DNA of 38,713 nucleotides from Nemertoderma westbladi (GCA_032718475.1 JAUCBJ010004874.1:1-38713), one strand, 5' to 3'. Shown: positions 1 to 11,658, counted from the stretch's first letter. Notes: generated by a model not told the origin, from the letters alone. A program made the numbers and translations.

Positions 1-49
1 CTCTGCGTTGATACCACTGCTTAAAGCAGTGGTATCAACGCAGAGTACT
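1..49. other. Library adapter dimer (SMART / PacBio ultra-low-input amplification primer), technical artefact
   Basis: 24-49 reads AAGCAGTGGTATCAACGCAGAGTACT, and 1-22 is the reverse complement of its first 22 nt. The back-to-back pair sits at the very start of the sequence. Confidence 0.97.
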
Positions 50-57
50 AAATAGTA

Positions 58-170
58 TTTTAGTGGAGATGTGTACATTGTACCTGACACAGTGAACCCG
101 GCGTAGCATTCTTGTGAAGTGCCATCCAGAGATTTTGTGACCTCAGCAGTTAGAACCCAGCATGGATTTC
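58..170 (-). mobile_element. RTE-clade LINE fragment (post-RT region)
   Basis: The reverse complement matches 2670-2760 and 9461-9540 (CACAAGAATGCTACGCCGGGTTCA). Confidence 0.8.
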
Positions 171-257
171 TGCAGGAATGATCAAGTTAACTGTTTAACC
201 CCGGTGACGTGCTTCCTCATTTTTTCAATTTTTGAACAAAACCATTATATTACATCA

Positions 258-545
258 TTAACTGCCAAAATGTTTGATCTTCTTTGAGTTTACTAAAATA
301 ACAACACAGGAAGCAGCCTCTTATATTGAACTGGGGAGCTGTTGAACTCCGTCTTTGTGATTCAGAATAAATTTCTAAGTAATCTGCAAAGTCTAGATCA
401 GTTAGGTACTTGGCTGGATTTCCTCGACTTTTGGAGCCTGTATATGGTGTTACCATCACCCCATCTTTATTAAGATGGTCTAAGGACATGCGTAGAACAT
501 AATAAACCACAATTATGATTAATAATGGTGCAAGTGTGTCACCCT
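258..545 (-). mobile_element. RTE-clade LINE fragment (RT catalytic region, degenerate)
   Basis: ORF 250..510 reads GNPAKYLTDLDFADY, a diverged inverted copy of ~2130-2420. Confidence 0.85.
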
Positions 546-552
546 GTGAATT

Positions 553-2760
553 GACCCTGGGAGACTTTAATGCAAGTCTGCATCAATCACCTACATCGCC
601 CTGGGTCTATAGCAATAGTGTCAACCGAAATTCCGTCCATCTTCAGGATTTTATCTCTGGAAATTGATTTTTTTCGGCTGGAACCCAGTTCAAGAAGCGA
701 ACTGGAAAGCTATGGACTCATAGTGGTCACAAGTCTCAGATAGACCATATTCTGTTTCGTAGGAAGTACAGGAGCTCTATACAAGACTGTAATGCATTTA
801 CACTTCGACCCTTCTCCAGTGATCACCGCCTTATTGTGGCCAAGGTAAGACTTAGTCTGCGCGCTAGCAGAGCAACGAAATCTGCCTTGCCGCGGCGTGA
901 CTGGTCCTCTCTGTTGCAACAGCCAAGTGTGAGATCCAGCTTCACATTACAGCTGAGCAACAGGTATGAGGTTCTTGCCTCTGAGGCGGCAGATCACTGT
1001 GAGGGCTATATTGCCTTCACAGAAGCAGTTAAGTTAGCAGCTGCAGAAACAGTTCCTGTATACACTCGAAACAGGAAAAGGCCCCCCTGGACTGAGAACA
1101 AAATCCAGAAGTGCCGAAATAACCTATATAAGGCGCAGAAAGAGTCCCGACTCAAACAGACTACAGCAGCCAAGAATGCAGTTAAGGCTGCATCTAGGTC
1201 CCTGAACAGGCAGTACTCTGTTAATCTACAGGAGCTAATAAACCAACAAGTTGATGCCATCAATGATGCTGACGACAGCAGGCAATCATCCCAGGCATGG
1301 AAATCGATCAATTTGCTTGCTGGTCGAAAAAGCCAACCAACCACCAAGGTTAAGGCTGAATCACCAGCCGATCGCCTCAATGGTTGGAAGGCCCACTTTG
1401 AAAAGCTCCTCAATAATGACAGGGTATTGCCTGATAACTTTATAGAAGTAAAAGTGTTTGAGTCTGTACTCCCAGATATTCCCATTGGCGATATCTCCTT
1501 TGCAGAAGTGAAGGCTGCTGCAAAGAGCATTAAGACCAATCGTGCCAGTGGAGTAGATGGTGTTCCCCCTGAGGTCTTTAAAATACCTGAGTGTTTAAAG
1601 CTCATCTATCCCATCATAGTAGACATGTACCGAACAACAAGAGTCCCACAAGAAATGAAAACAAATAAGTTGGTGCCAGTTCCCAAGAAGGGCAACCTAA
1701 CACTCTATGGTTCTTTTCGGGGAATCTCATTGATCTCGATTGCTGCAAAGCTATACAATAGAATTCTATTAAATCGCATTAGGGATCCCATTGAGAAATT
1801 TCTGTGGAAATGTGGATTTATGTGGATTTTTCCGTGGAAATCAGAATGGGTTCCGTAAAGGTCGTGGGACCATGGAGCCCATTTTGGCACTTAGAAGGAT
1901 AATTGAAGAGTTATCAAAAAAGAAAGACAGGCATCTGGCTGTTATCTTTGTTGACTTCTTCAAGGCCTTTGATTCAGTCTCCCGCTCACGTATGTTCAGC
2001 ATACTTTCATTATATGGGATTCCTGATGAAATTATTGCAGCAATCAGATCAGTATACGATGGTTCGACAACATTTGTGTCTACTGTTGATGGTGACACAG
2101 AACCATTTGAACTGTTATGGGGCGTCCTCCAGGGAGACACACTTGTACCATTCTTGTTCATTATTGTGGTTGACTATGTTCTATGCATGTCCTTAGATCA
2201 TCATATTGATGATGGGGTGATGATAACTCCACTTACTGGCTCCAGAAGTCGAGGAAATCCTGCCAAGTACCTAACTGATCTAGACTTTGCTGATGACTTA
2301 GGAGTACTCTCAGAATCACTAGAGGGAGCCCAACGGCTCCTCAGCTCATTAGAACATGCTGCTTCTAGTGTTGGTCTTTTTATTAACTTCAGAAAGACCA
2401 ACATTTTGACAGTTAACTTTGAAAGTTCTCAGCAAGACTCTGATCGGATGAGCATAAGCTCAAAGGATGGTATGCTTGAGCATGTGACGACTTCTGTTAC
2501 CTGGGATCATGGATCCGGAAGTCAGGTGAGGACCTTCGAATACGTAAGGGAAAGGCATGGGCAGCCTTGAATAGGCTTTCCAGGATTTGGAAGTCACCAA
2601 TAATTAATCGGAAACTTAAGGTCCGATTATTTAGAGCAGCAGTAGTTCCAGTACTCCTCTTGGGAGTCCATGCTGGGCTCTAACTACTGAGGACACCAAA
2701 TCTCTGGATGGCACATTCACAAGAATGCTACGCCGGGTTCATTATGTCAAGTACAATGCA
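553..2760 (+). mobile_element. RTE-clade non-LTR retrotransposon, truncated and frameshifted (C-terminal part of APE endonuclease + reverse transcriptase)
   Basis: Endonuclease motifs LGDFNA, QIDHIL and SDHRL are present. RT motifs PKKG, FRGISL, NQNGFRKGRGT, FVDFFKAFDSV, GVLQGDTL and LDFADD lie in ORFs 836..1858 and 1791..2570. A 28-bp insertion at 1804-1831 breaks the frame, and there is a further frameshift near 2490. Confidence 0.92.
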
Positions 2761-2950
2761 GCATGGCGATACTAGCAGTAGTGTCACCCTGTAGGACTCC
2801 CCATAACACTTCGGAAGGTTCTCTGTCACCGTCAACAGCAGGCGAAAATATCGTAGAACCATCATAAACTGATCTGATTGTTTCAATAATGATAAATATT
2901 CCAGTCGAATACCATAAGGAAGTCAACAAAGATAATAGCCAGACGTCTGT

Positions 2951-3046
2951 GGGGCGAGCCACGAAGTTGGCGGAGCCTTAGCGAATTGACACTGTTAGGG
3001 GGTGGGTCAATTTATGCAAATAGTTGTCGTCGTCGTCGTCGTCGTT

Positions 3047-3091
<45 letters not shown>

Positions 3092-3475
3092 GTCGTCGTT
3101 ACGATTTTGACATGCTAATAACTTTGTCGGATTTAAAGCTGCCAAGTTGAAAATTTGTAGGTATCAATATGAGCAAAAGTTGAGATTTTTGAGAGACTTT
3201 CAGACACCATCAGTGCAATGGTCTCCCGCTAGAGGGCCACATGTCTAAACATTAAATGCCCTCCCATTTCTTTGCTTTTAATCCGTTTAAGCTGAAACTT
3301 GGCAGATATGTATTAGACCATTAGCTGTGACTTTCAAAGGAGGCGAATCCATCTGCAGTTCTCCAGTCTGCCGCTAGAGGGCCAACGTGACTATTTGCAT
3401 AAATTGACCTACCCCCTAACAGTGTCAATTCGCTAAGGCTCTGCCAACTTCGTGCTGCGCGAAGTCCCCACTTCG
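2951..3475 (+). mobile_element. HINE/DINE-1-like non-autonomous element, copy 1 (fold-back derivative)
   Basis: Head GGGGCGAGCCACGAAGTTGGC, then a (GTC)n tract, one core unit, an inverted copy of the head (3390-3454) and the family 3' end GCGCGAAG..CCCCACTTCG. Flanked by TGT on both sides. Confidence 0.75.
3025..3100 (+). repeat. (GTC)n microsatellite within the element head
   Basis: About 25 GTC/GTT units. Related tracts occur at ~3729-3766 and as (GAC)n at ~32323-32401. Confidence 0.95.
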
Positions 3476-3655
3476 TGTCTTTCTATATTAATAACTCTTA
3501 AATTATCCTTCTAAGCGTCAGAATAGGCTCCATGGTCCCACGACCTTTACGGAACCCGTTGGTATTCACGTAACAGTCTCTCAACATGATCCCTGATGCG
3601 AATTAATATAATTAATTATATTGTATATAGCTTTTAGACAATTGAGGGACTCTGT

Positions 3656-5243
3656 GGGGCGAGCCACTAAGTTGGCGGAGCCTTAGCGAATTGACACTGT
3701 TAGGGGGTGGGTCAATTTATGCAAATAGTTGTCGTCGTCGTCGTCGTGGTTGTCGTCGTCGTCGTTACGATTTTGACATGCTAATAACTTTGTCGGATTT
3801 AAAGCTGCCAAGTTGAAAATTTGTAGGTATCAATATGAGCAAAAGTTGAGATTTTTGAGAGACTTTCAGACACCATCAGTGCAATGGTCTCCCGCTAGAG
3901 GGCCACATGTCTAAACATTAAATGCCCTCCCATTTCTTTGCTTTTAATCCGTTTAAGCTGAAACTTGGCAGATATGTATTAGACCATTAGCTGTGACTTT
4001 CAAAGGATGCGAATCCATCTGCAGTTCTCCAGTCTGCCGCTAGAGGGCCAAAGGTCTGAAAGTGAAATCGTTGTCGTCGTTACGATTTTGACATGCTAAT
4101 AACTTTGTCGGATTTAAAGCTGCCAAGTTGAAAATTTGTAGGTATCAATATGAGCTAAAGTTGAGATTTTTGAGAGACTTTCAGACACCATCAGTGCAAT
4201 GGTCTCCCGCTAGAGGGCCACATGTCTAAACATTAAATGCCCTCCCATTTCTTTGCTTTTAATCCGTTTAAGCTGAAACTTGGCAGATATGTATTAGACC
4301 ATTAGCTGTGACTTTCAAAGGAGGCGAATCCATCTGCAGTTCTCCAGTCTGCCGCTAGAGGGCCAAAGGTCTGAAAGTGAAATCGTTGTCGTCGTTACGA
4401 TTTTGACATGCTAATAACTTTGTCGGATTTAAAGCTGCCAAGTTGAAAATTTGTAGGTATCAATATGAGCTAAAGTTGAGATTTTTGAGAGACTTTCAGA
4501 CACCATCAGTGCAATGGTCTCCCGCTAGAGGGCCACATGTCTAAACATTAAATGCCCTCCCATTTCTTTGCTTTTAATCCGTTTAAGCTGAAACTTGGCA
4601 GATATGTATTAGACCATTAGCTGTGACTTTCAAAGGAGGCGAATCCATCTGCAGTTCTCCAGTCTGCCGCTAGAGGGCCAAATGTCTGAAAGTGAAATCG
4701 TTGTCGTCGTTATGATATTGACATGCTTATAACTTTGTCGAATTTAAAGCTGCCAAGTTGAAAATTTGTTTTGTTGAAAATCATTCAACAGTCACCCGCT
4801 ATAGGACTACTTTATGCCTGAAAGTGAATAGATTCTCCCGTCTCATTGATTTTAATCAGTTTAAGCTGAATCTTGCCATATATTCTGGACCACATGCTGC
4901 GTCTTTGTGGGGGGGGGGGGGGGGAGATTTAATCGGTCTGCCGCTATACGACGAAATTTCTGAAAGTGAGATCCGTCTCTCATTTCGTTATCCGTTATTC
5001 AAGATGAAACTTGGCCGATGTACGTATGTACTATTCATCCATAGGCTGTGTCTTTGTGGCGCTGGAGACCCTAATCCATCTTCAGTTCTCACTATACCGC
5101 TAGAGTCAGAAATGTCTGAATAGAAATGAAAGAGGTAAAAAGTGATTAGGCGAAATCTGCTTAAAATTTGCTAATACAGTAATACTTTCGAATTAGTACT
5201 TAAATTAAATTTAAGTCACGTGCTGCGCGAAGGCCCCACTTCG
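3656..5243 (+). mobile_element. HINE/DINE-1-like non-autonomous element, copy 2, with internal tandem array
   Basis: Same head and microsatellite as copy 1, tandem core repeats, and 3' end CACGTGCTGCGCGAAGGCCCCACTTCG with a CGAAG/CTTCG hairpin. TGT flanks. The Helentron link is inferred from architecture only. Confidence 0.75.
3755..4770 (+). repeat. 315-bp tandem repeat (~3.2 copies) inside element copy 2
   Basis: AAATCGTTGTCGTCGTT recurs at 4065, 4380 and 4695. Each unit has two CGCTAGAGGGCCA sub-repeats. Confidence 0.93.
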
Positions 5244-5555
5244 TGTTCTATATACATACATGTCTATGATAACGGGGTGAATGACTTCCAAACACATTCA
5301 CTCCATTTTAATGCCTATGGGACTCATTGTGTTCCTTAGATAGGTCATCACTTCCGACACTTCCGAATTATGTGATCAGAGCTCCAGTATTTCCTACGAA
5401 ACAGGATATGGTCTATCTGGGACTTGTGGCCACTGGGTTCACTATGAGTCCATAACTTTCCAATTCGCTTCTTGAACTGGGTTCCAGCCGAAAACAATCC
5501 ATTTCCAGAGATGAAATTGTGAAGATTGACGTAATTACGGTTAACACTCTCGCGA

Positions 5556-7605
5556 TCATCATCATTGTTTCGTTTATTTCTCTCTTTCAATGTTGAAAAT
5601 AATCTCCACCTTTAATAAATGCCTTACTGGTATACAAAATATATTAAACACATACATGTTAGTGTGGACGATTGAGAGCCAGTTTGTTAATGGTTCGATA
5701 ACAGAGAACAGAGAGAGAAAAGGGTGATAACAGAAAAGCCATAGCTTGAAGGTTGCTACCACCGTGAGGGGGACTGGGGATGTGCCTTAAAGTTTTTGAA
5801 AAAGGTCGAAAGTTTTTGTGTGGACCATATGATACTGGGTATCTCGTTCCAGATATAGGTCCCTGATACTGTATGGACATCTGTCCACGTACAGTACGAA
5901 AGCGAGGAATAAAGAAATTAGTATTGTATGCACCACGAGTGTTATAGTTATGAACAGTATTAGATAAACGAAAGAGATTCGTTAAACCAGAAGGTAATGA
6001 ACCATGAAACGCATCGAACATAAGCTTGGCTACATTTAACTTATACAAAGCTTGAATGTGCAAAATTTCTAACCAACGATAAATGGGAAAAGAGTGGCAA
6101 TCCCATTCACTGAATGTTATAGCCCTCATAATTGTATTTACCAGAACACGAATTTTATTAATATATGTTGGGAAGGGGCTGCCCCATAAGGCAATACCGT
6201 AGAGGATCCGTGAATTTACGAGGGAATAATATATTGATTTGAGCACCGATTGAGGCAACAAGTGTCTGAATTTAAAAAACAAGCCAGTAAATTTCGACAC
6301 CACAGATATTACATATTTACAGTAGGACTTCCAATTCAAGTGGTTGTCAAGTATGAGACCAAGATATTTAATTTCATTTTTACACTTTAGATTAGTATCT
6401 TTTATTTTAACTTTGGCTACATTTTCAGTGGACCGCGGGTTGATGGAATATAAACAATATACAGTTTTATCAATATTCAATGATAAGCGATTAGAAGCAA
6501 ACCATTCCAACAACTGTTCATGTTCAAGTTTGACAATATTTACTAGGTTGTGGGGGTTGTGATGGCTAGCGAGAAGGCTGGTGTCGTCGGCAAATAGAAC
6601 TGTTAAGAGTGATGTCGCCAGGGATAAATCATCTATATACAACAAAAACAACAACGGTCCCAAGATAGACCCCTGAGGAACTCCCATTGTAATAGGTAAG
6701 CAAGTAGAATATGTATCGTTCAGCTTGACGCGTTGTGTTCTGGAACTTAAATAACTCGAAAACATCTGTAGCGGTCTGCCACGGATTCCATATGACTCTA
6801 ACTTGGAAAGCAGGATCACGTGATCCACTGTATCGAAGGCCTTGCGGAGATCGAAGTAGAGACCACAAGAAGTTATTCCGTCATCCAGTGCAGACTGCAA
6901 CCTATGAGCAACATAAATAAGTGCGTGCGAGGTAGAGTGCCGCTTTCTAAAGCCATACTGGTTCTTGGTTACGATATGGAACTTTTCAACATAACAAGAT
7001 AGCTGACAATATATGATCCGTTCCAAAATTTTTCCAAAAATCGGTAGTAGGGATATTGGTCGAAAATTGTTGGGGTCGTAGGGTGAGCTAGTTTTGTGCA
7101 CGGGAACTACTGCAGCCTGTTTAAGTGTATCAGGGAAAACGCCAGCTTTAATACATCGGTTATACAAAACTGCCAGCCGACCCGCTATGATAGGGGCAGA
7201 AATCTTGACCAATTTCACGGGAAAGGCGTCATTAGTAGATTTATTTTCTGGGGTATCATATATAAGGGAGAGAACTTCAAGCTCACATGTTTCACTTAAA
7301 ACAAAAGAGTTCGAGCGAGAAGGTGGGAGATAAAATTGAGGTCGGGTGTGTACAGTGGGAATATCTGAAGCTAATGAAGGACCGATCGAAGTAAAAAAAC
7401 TATTAAAAACGTCAGCAATTTCTCGTCGATCAGTAATAACTTCTTTATTGGTAGGGTCAATGACCTTCGACGGGCATTGACGATTCCCCTTTTTAGATAT
7501 AATTACCTTCACTAGTTTCCACATCTTTGCTGGTTGTATCCCAACTTTTGTGAATTCCTTTTCATAGTATGTTTGTTCCGCCTTTCGAATTACTTCGTCA
7601 GTCAC
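5556..7605 (-). mobile_element. CR1/L2-group LINE, 5'-truncated, with an intact RT reading frame (ORF 5659..7689)
   Basis: Motifs FRPISLLP, QYGFRKRHST, FDLRKAFDTVDH, GVPQGSILGPLLFLLYIDD, LFADDT, KYLGLILD and HNYNTR. The 3' tail reads AATAAACGAAACAATGATGATGAT. The first ~28 codons of the listed ORF derive from the host RTE remnant. Confidence 0.92.
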
Positions 7606-9323
7606 CAGACCAAGGCGTTGTTGATGATTGATGTCGACTTGCATTAAAGCCATCCAAGTAAGATAAGCACGCCTGCTGATCCACTCCAACAGTTCTATCT
7701 GGAGATCGTGGTAGAAATTTTCAACCTCCTCTACTGGGGCAACACTAGTTGGAGAATAGAATAGGAAAGAATCAGACCCACCTTAGGAAATTTCTTAGCC
7801 AGTCTTTCAGAACATGAGATGTGACAATGCATAATGCGGTTGGTGGGTGTTGGTCTATTTTGCTGCACCTGCGTGTAGTTAGATTCATCAATTTACCAAT
7901 ACCGCCATTACCACTGTAATGTCGATTTCGCAGTGAGCGTCGTATCCAATAACCGAGAGGTCCTGATTACAAGACCAGATTAAACCCTTGACAGACGTCC
8001 TATGAGGATGACGTCCCATGTGGCCCATCCTTTGTGCTACATGGAGTTAGCAAGTTTTCTAGATAAATGACTCAGAAGACATGACCTGACCAACTTAATG
8101 TTGGGTAGAACTGGGGCAAAAATAATTAATTTTATCAAAAAATATGTTTGCGCTTCGGTGTAACCAGACCAGTACGCTGCTAATCACCGACACCTCGTCA
8201 GCTGGACAGAACATTAGCAAGAACCTATCTATATTGCACCAATGACCTAAAATAATCGCACCAATTAACCCTGATACCACCTATCCCCAACAGACGTCAG
8301 ACCTCAGAACATTGGAACCCTATATTAGTTAATCTATTAAATTCGTGAAAGTTGGATGTTATTAAGGCAGCGCGGTATTCTAACCAAAATATATTATTAT
8401 TAGATAATAATTATAATATTAGGAAAGTTCTTTAAAAAAATTACATTCTGGACCTTTTAAAATGTACCATAATTAATTTGTTTATTCTTATGTTGTTATG
8501 TGGAGTTTGACCTTCTGTTACCATAACTCTAATTAATTATCGCTAGATCAGTGATTCAACTAAACCGAGCTTTGTTTCGGATTTTTATTTCCATTTATAT
8601 ATCTATGTTTATTGTTTGTTTGAATTCCCCCCTAATATTTGCTAACTTACTAGTGCTTCGCGAAAAAAATAATACGTCTTAAACTTCAACAATTTTTCGA
8701 AATACTGTACATCACAATAATATTTGCTTTTCTACAATAGGCTAACTAAGTGAAGGGTAAATGTAAGCTCTATGCTAATTTCTCGTAATATGCCAGATGT
8801 GACTCTCCCCACTCTATGGATGGACATCGATTGATCATTTGGAAAAGATACCGGTTGATATGTTTATACATAACCCACCGCAATTAATGAATTGTCATAT
8901 ATGAGTAATAGATAGAAAAAGCTTCAACATTGGGCAACCGGTACCCTTCTGTTATTTTTAAGCTGCATTATCTTTATATAATTAACGTGAATCCGCAATG
9001 TACTAAGTCCTATTATGATAATGCATCCGACATGTATGCATGTTCTATGCCACTCCTCTAGGGCTATCCTCCTCTTAGCTTATGGTTAATAAAGTGAATC
9101 AATCACAGAGTACATTGCCATTCTAATATGCTTTGCAAATTGAGTGAGTTGTGGCATTTTCATAGTAATCCCAAATAGCATAAATAGCACGAATTTAAAG
9201 CTACGAATTACGTTTCATAAAAAAACAGGCAAATAAATACATTGGAAACATTTTTTGGGAATTTATTATTGGTATGATATCATTAAACAGGAAAACATCA
9301 TTTTGGAAAACTACTACAAGGTC

Positions 9324-9457
9324 GAGCGAACTCTGAGCTTCCCGGTTACCCATAGTTGCCGCAATTTCCCAATTTCGTTTCTCCCAAGTTCAGTATCCCT
9401 TTCAAGCTGGTCTATATATGTTATAGCCAGTCGTCCACGGGTACGCTTTCCTTGTGT
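9324..9457 (-). mobile_element. 3' fragment of a second RTE family
   Basis: Matches ~36855-37005 (AAGTTCAGTATCC.TTTCAAGCTGGT.TATATATGTTATAGCC.GTCGTCCACGGGTACG). Confidence 0.8.
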
Positions 9458-9460
9458 TCA

Positions 9461-9880
9461 AGGCACCAAATGTCTGGATGGGACATACACAAGAATGCTA
9501 CGCCGGGTTCATTGTGTCAAGTACAATGCACACATCTCCATCCAGACACTATATAACATTGGAGGTGTCTCATTGGTTCCCCCAAGCTTGACACTAGAAC
9601 AAAATCGCCTCCGCTTTGCAGGACATTGCTTTCTCCGTGAGGACCAGCCAGTGCATAATATTGTACTTTGGCAGCCTCATGGAGTGAATAAGCATGGTGG
9701 ACAGCCCATGACTCTCTTGAGACGCATCTTAAAGGACACTGGCCTTGAAGATGCGGATGATCTAGCAAATGTCATGGGTGACAGGGAGTTGTGGCGGTGC
9801 AATTTTGTCGACAAGCCGGCACAGCATTCTTAAAAATGCAGCTGTAATGCAGCATGCCGATCCTAGTAGTAGTAGTAGTT
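9461..9880 (+). mobile_element. RTE 3' end with (TAG)n tail
   Basis: Translates as LDGTYTRMLRR...RLRFAGHC...LWQPHG...GDRELWR, followed by a stop, a short 3' UTR and TAGTAGTAGTAGTAG. Confidence 0.88.
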
Positions 9881-10659
9881 CATACATAAAAAATGTTCTA
9901 GAATATAAGGTTTTAGAATACAATTGCCTCGCGCAGATGCAAAATCATGCAACTTTGAACTCTCATATGTATGTCTGCTAGATTGTGTTACATATTTGGA
10001 ATCCTTGCAAAGCCAGCTTTCTAACTATACCAACAAATCACTATATTTTTGAGTATTAACTGCAGAACACTACTACTAACCCAGATGGAGTTAAATGAAA
10101 CGATCTCTATTTCAAATTTCATGCAATCTCATTAAGATTTCTAGGGCAGGTACCTGAATAAAGTCACTATATTCCAGGTCATGGTGTATACAAATTGTCT
10201 CCGTGGCTGTTGCTATATGTTTAGGGGTCTATAACCAATATTCACCACGGAGAAATTTTAAAGGGAACTGCTTAAGAACCAACTGCTTAAAGAAAACCAA
10301 CAATATGGTATAGATCGGAATATGTGGGCAAAAATATACCTCGCTCTGACTAAAATATCTAATATCAAATTATGGTATTTATAATGCTATTGATGTTATT
10401 CGTTTCTCAATTCTCATCCGCCGTTGCCGTTCATATTCTTATTCCATTCTTATTCCATATTGTTCATCACAATTTTCTTATTCCATGCTTAAACTAACTC
10501 GCCACATAAAGTTCTAGACTAGAAACTGGTTCACCTCTGGAGCTACAAAATATTTCAGTTAATTTCGAATCAAATACGTAATATTTCTTCATTATATATA
10601 TTTTTATTGACTAAAGTATTACAACATCGTAGACACAGAACAATATCTCAGATCTTAAT

Positions 10660-11658
10660 TCTACAATTGTATTACAGTAATGCAGCGGGAGTTAAGAATG
10701 CTATACCGGCTTGTCGACAAAATTACGCCGCCAAAACTATTATTATTATTATTATTACACTTCTCTTTATTAAAAATTGTTTAAATAAAAAGGGGGGAAA
10801 GATATCCAGGCAAATATTTGCACTAACAGATAACCTATCGACAACAGTGGGTCAAATTAAACGATAAAACTAACAACATTTTAGAAATAAAAAAAACAAA
10901 ACAGTATAGGATAGAATAAAATAAAATAACAACATGGAAAAATGACCAATACTAATTGAAACAGTTGGAGTAGGCAATTAATTAGTATACAGTAGGCACT
11001 GCAGCGAACAATCATTTACAATAACAACTTATTACAGAAAATGAAACTAATAAGAAAACTATTGAGACATACAGTTGGTAATTAATTATTATTATAGGCA
11101 CAGCATGGGAACCAACCTATAAAAAAAAACTACTGTAATTTAGAAAAACGAAAACAAAAATAATCCGTTGACATACAGGAGACAATTAGTATATGTCCGT
11201 CTTTAACTGGCGATTGAAATGGCAGTAAGGAAGAAAATCAAACTCTAGAAGCTTCTGACTAAACATTTGCAGGGAAGAAGACTCAACTATTTGACCGGGT
11301 TATGAGTTCCATAAGGGGACGGGTCGATTGCAGAAAGTTTGGTTATCAGTAAGCGGGAGTATTGCATTTGGTATTTTCTACAGTGGCCCCGTAGGCCGTT
11401 ACGAACTGCCAGTTCCCTATCCCCCATGATTTTCGCGAGATTATCCGCATCTCCAAGGCCAGTATCCTTTAAGATGCGTCTCACGAAAGTCATGGGCTGT
11501 CCACCATGCTTATTTTCTCCATGGGGCTGCCAAAGGATGAGAGGATTGTGCACAGACTGGTCATCATGGCGGAATTCAAGTCTCAAACTTGGGGGTTCTA
11601 TTGGACACCTCCAATATTAACAACGATGTCTGGTTGGAGATGTGTGCATTGTACTTGA
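10660..11658 (-). mobile_element. RTE 3' end, split by a nested LINE (RTE parts ~10660-10735 and ~11411-11658)
   Basis: ORF 11287..11586 begins with ILWQPHGENKHGGQPMT...GDREL. An uninterrupted counterpart is at 16648-16973. Confidence 0.85.
10736..11410 (-). mobile_element. 3' end of a CR1/L2-group LINE with (TAA)n tail
   Basis: The minus strand encodes GLRGHCRKYQMQYSRL, then in a shifted frame FCNRPVPLWNS. It ends AATAAAGAGAAGTG(TAA)n. Absent from duplicate copy B. Confidence 0.75.

Larger units (their letters stand above)
2775..8035 (-). mobile_element. Second, older RTE copy in inverted orientation, split by three later insertions (remnants ~2775-2950, 3476-3655, 5244-5555, 7606-8035)
   Basis: The remnants are collinear reverse complements of ~1930-2140, ~1640-1930 and ~610-830 of the + copy, and 7606-7660 matches ~555-607. 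7690-8035 encodes N-terminal endonuclease-like remnants (ATWDV, GNGGIG, YSPTSVAPVEEVENFYHDL). Confidence 0.8.

Noticed and set aside
1-46. Perfect 22-bp palindrome as a biological hairpin or telomere end
   Set aside because: It is exactly the SMART/low-input amplification primer in both orientations.
3755-4770. CRISPR-like array
   Set aside because: The units are wholly repeated with no unique spacers, and the context is eukaryotic with no cas genes.
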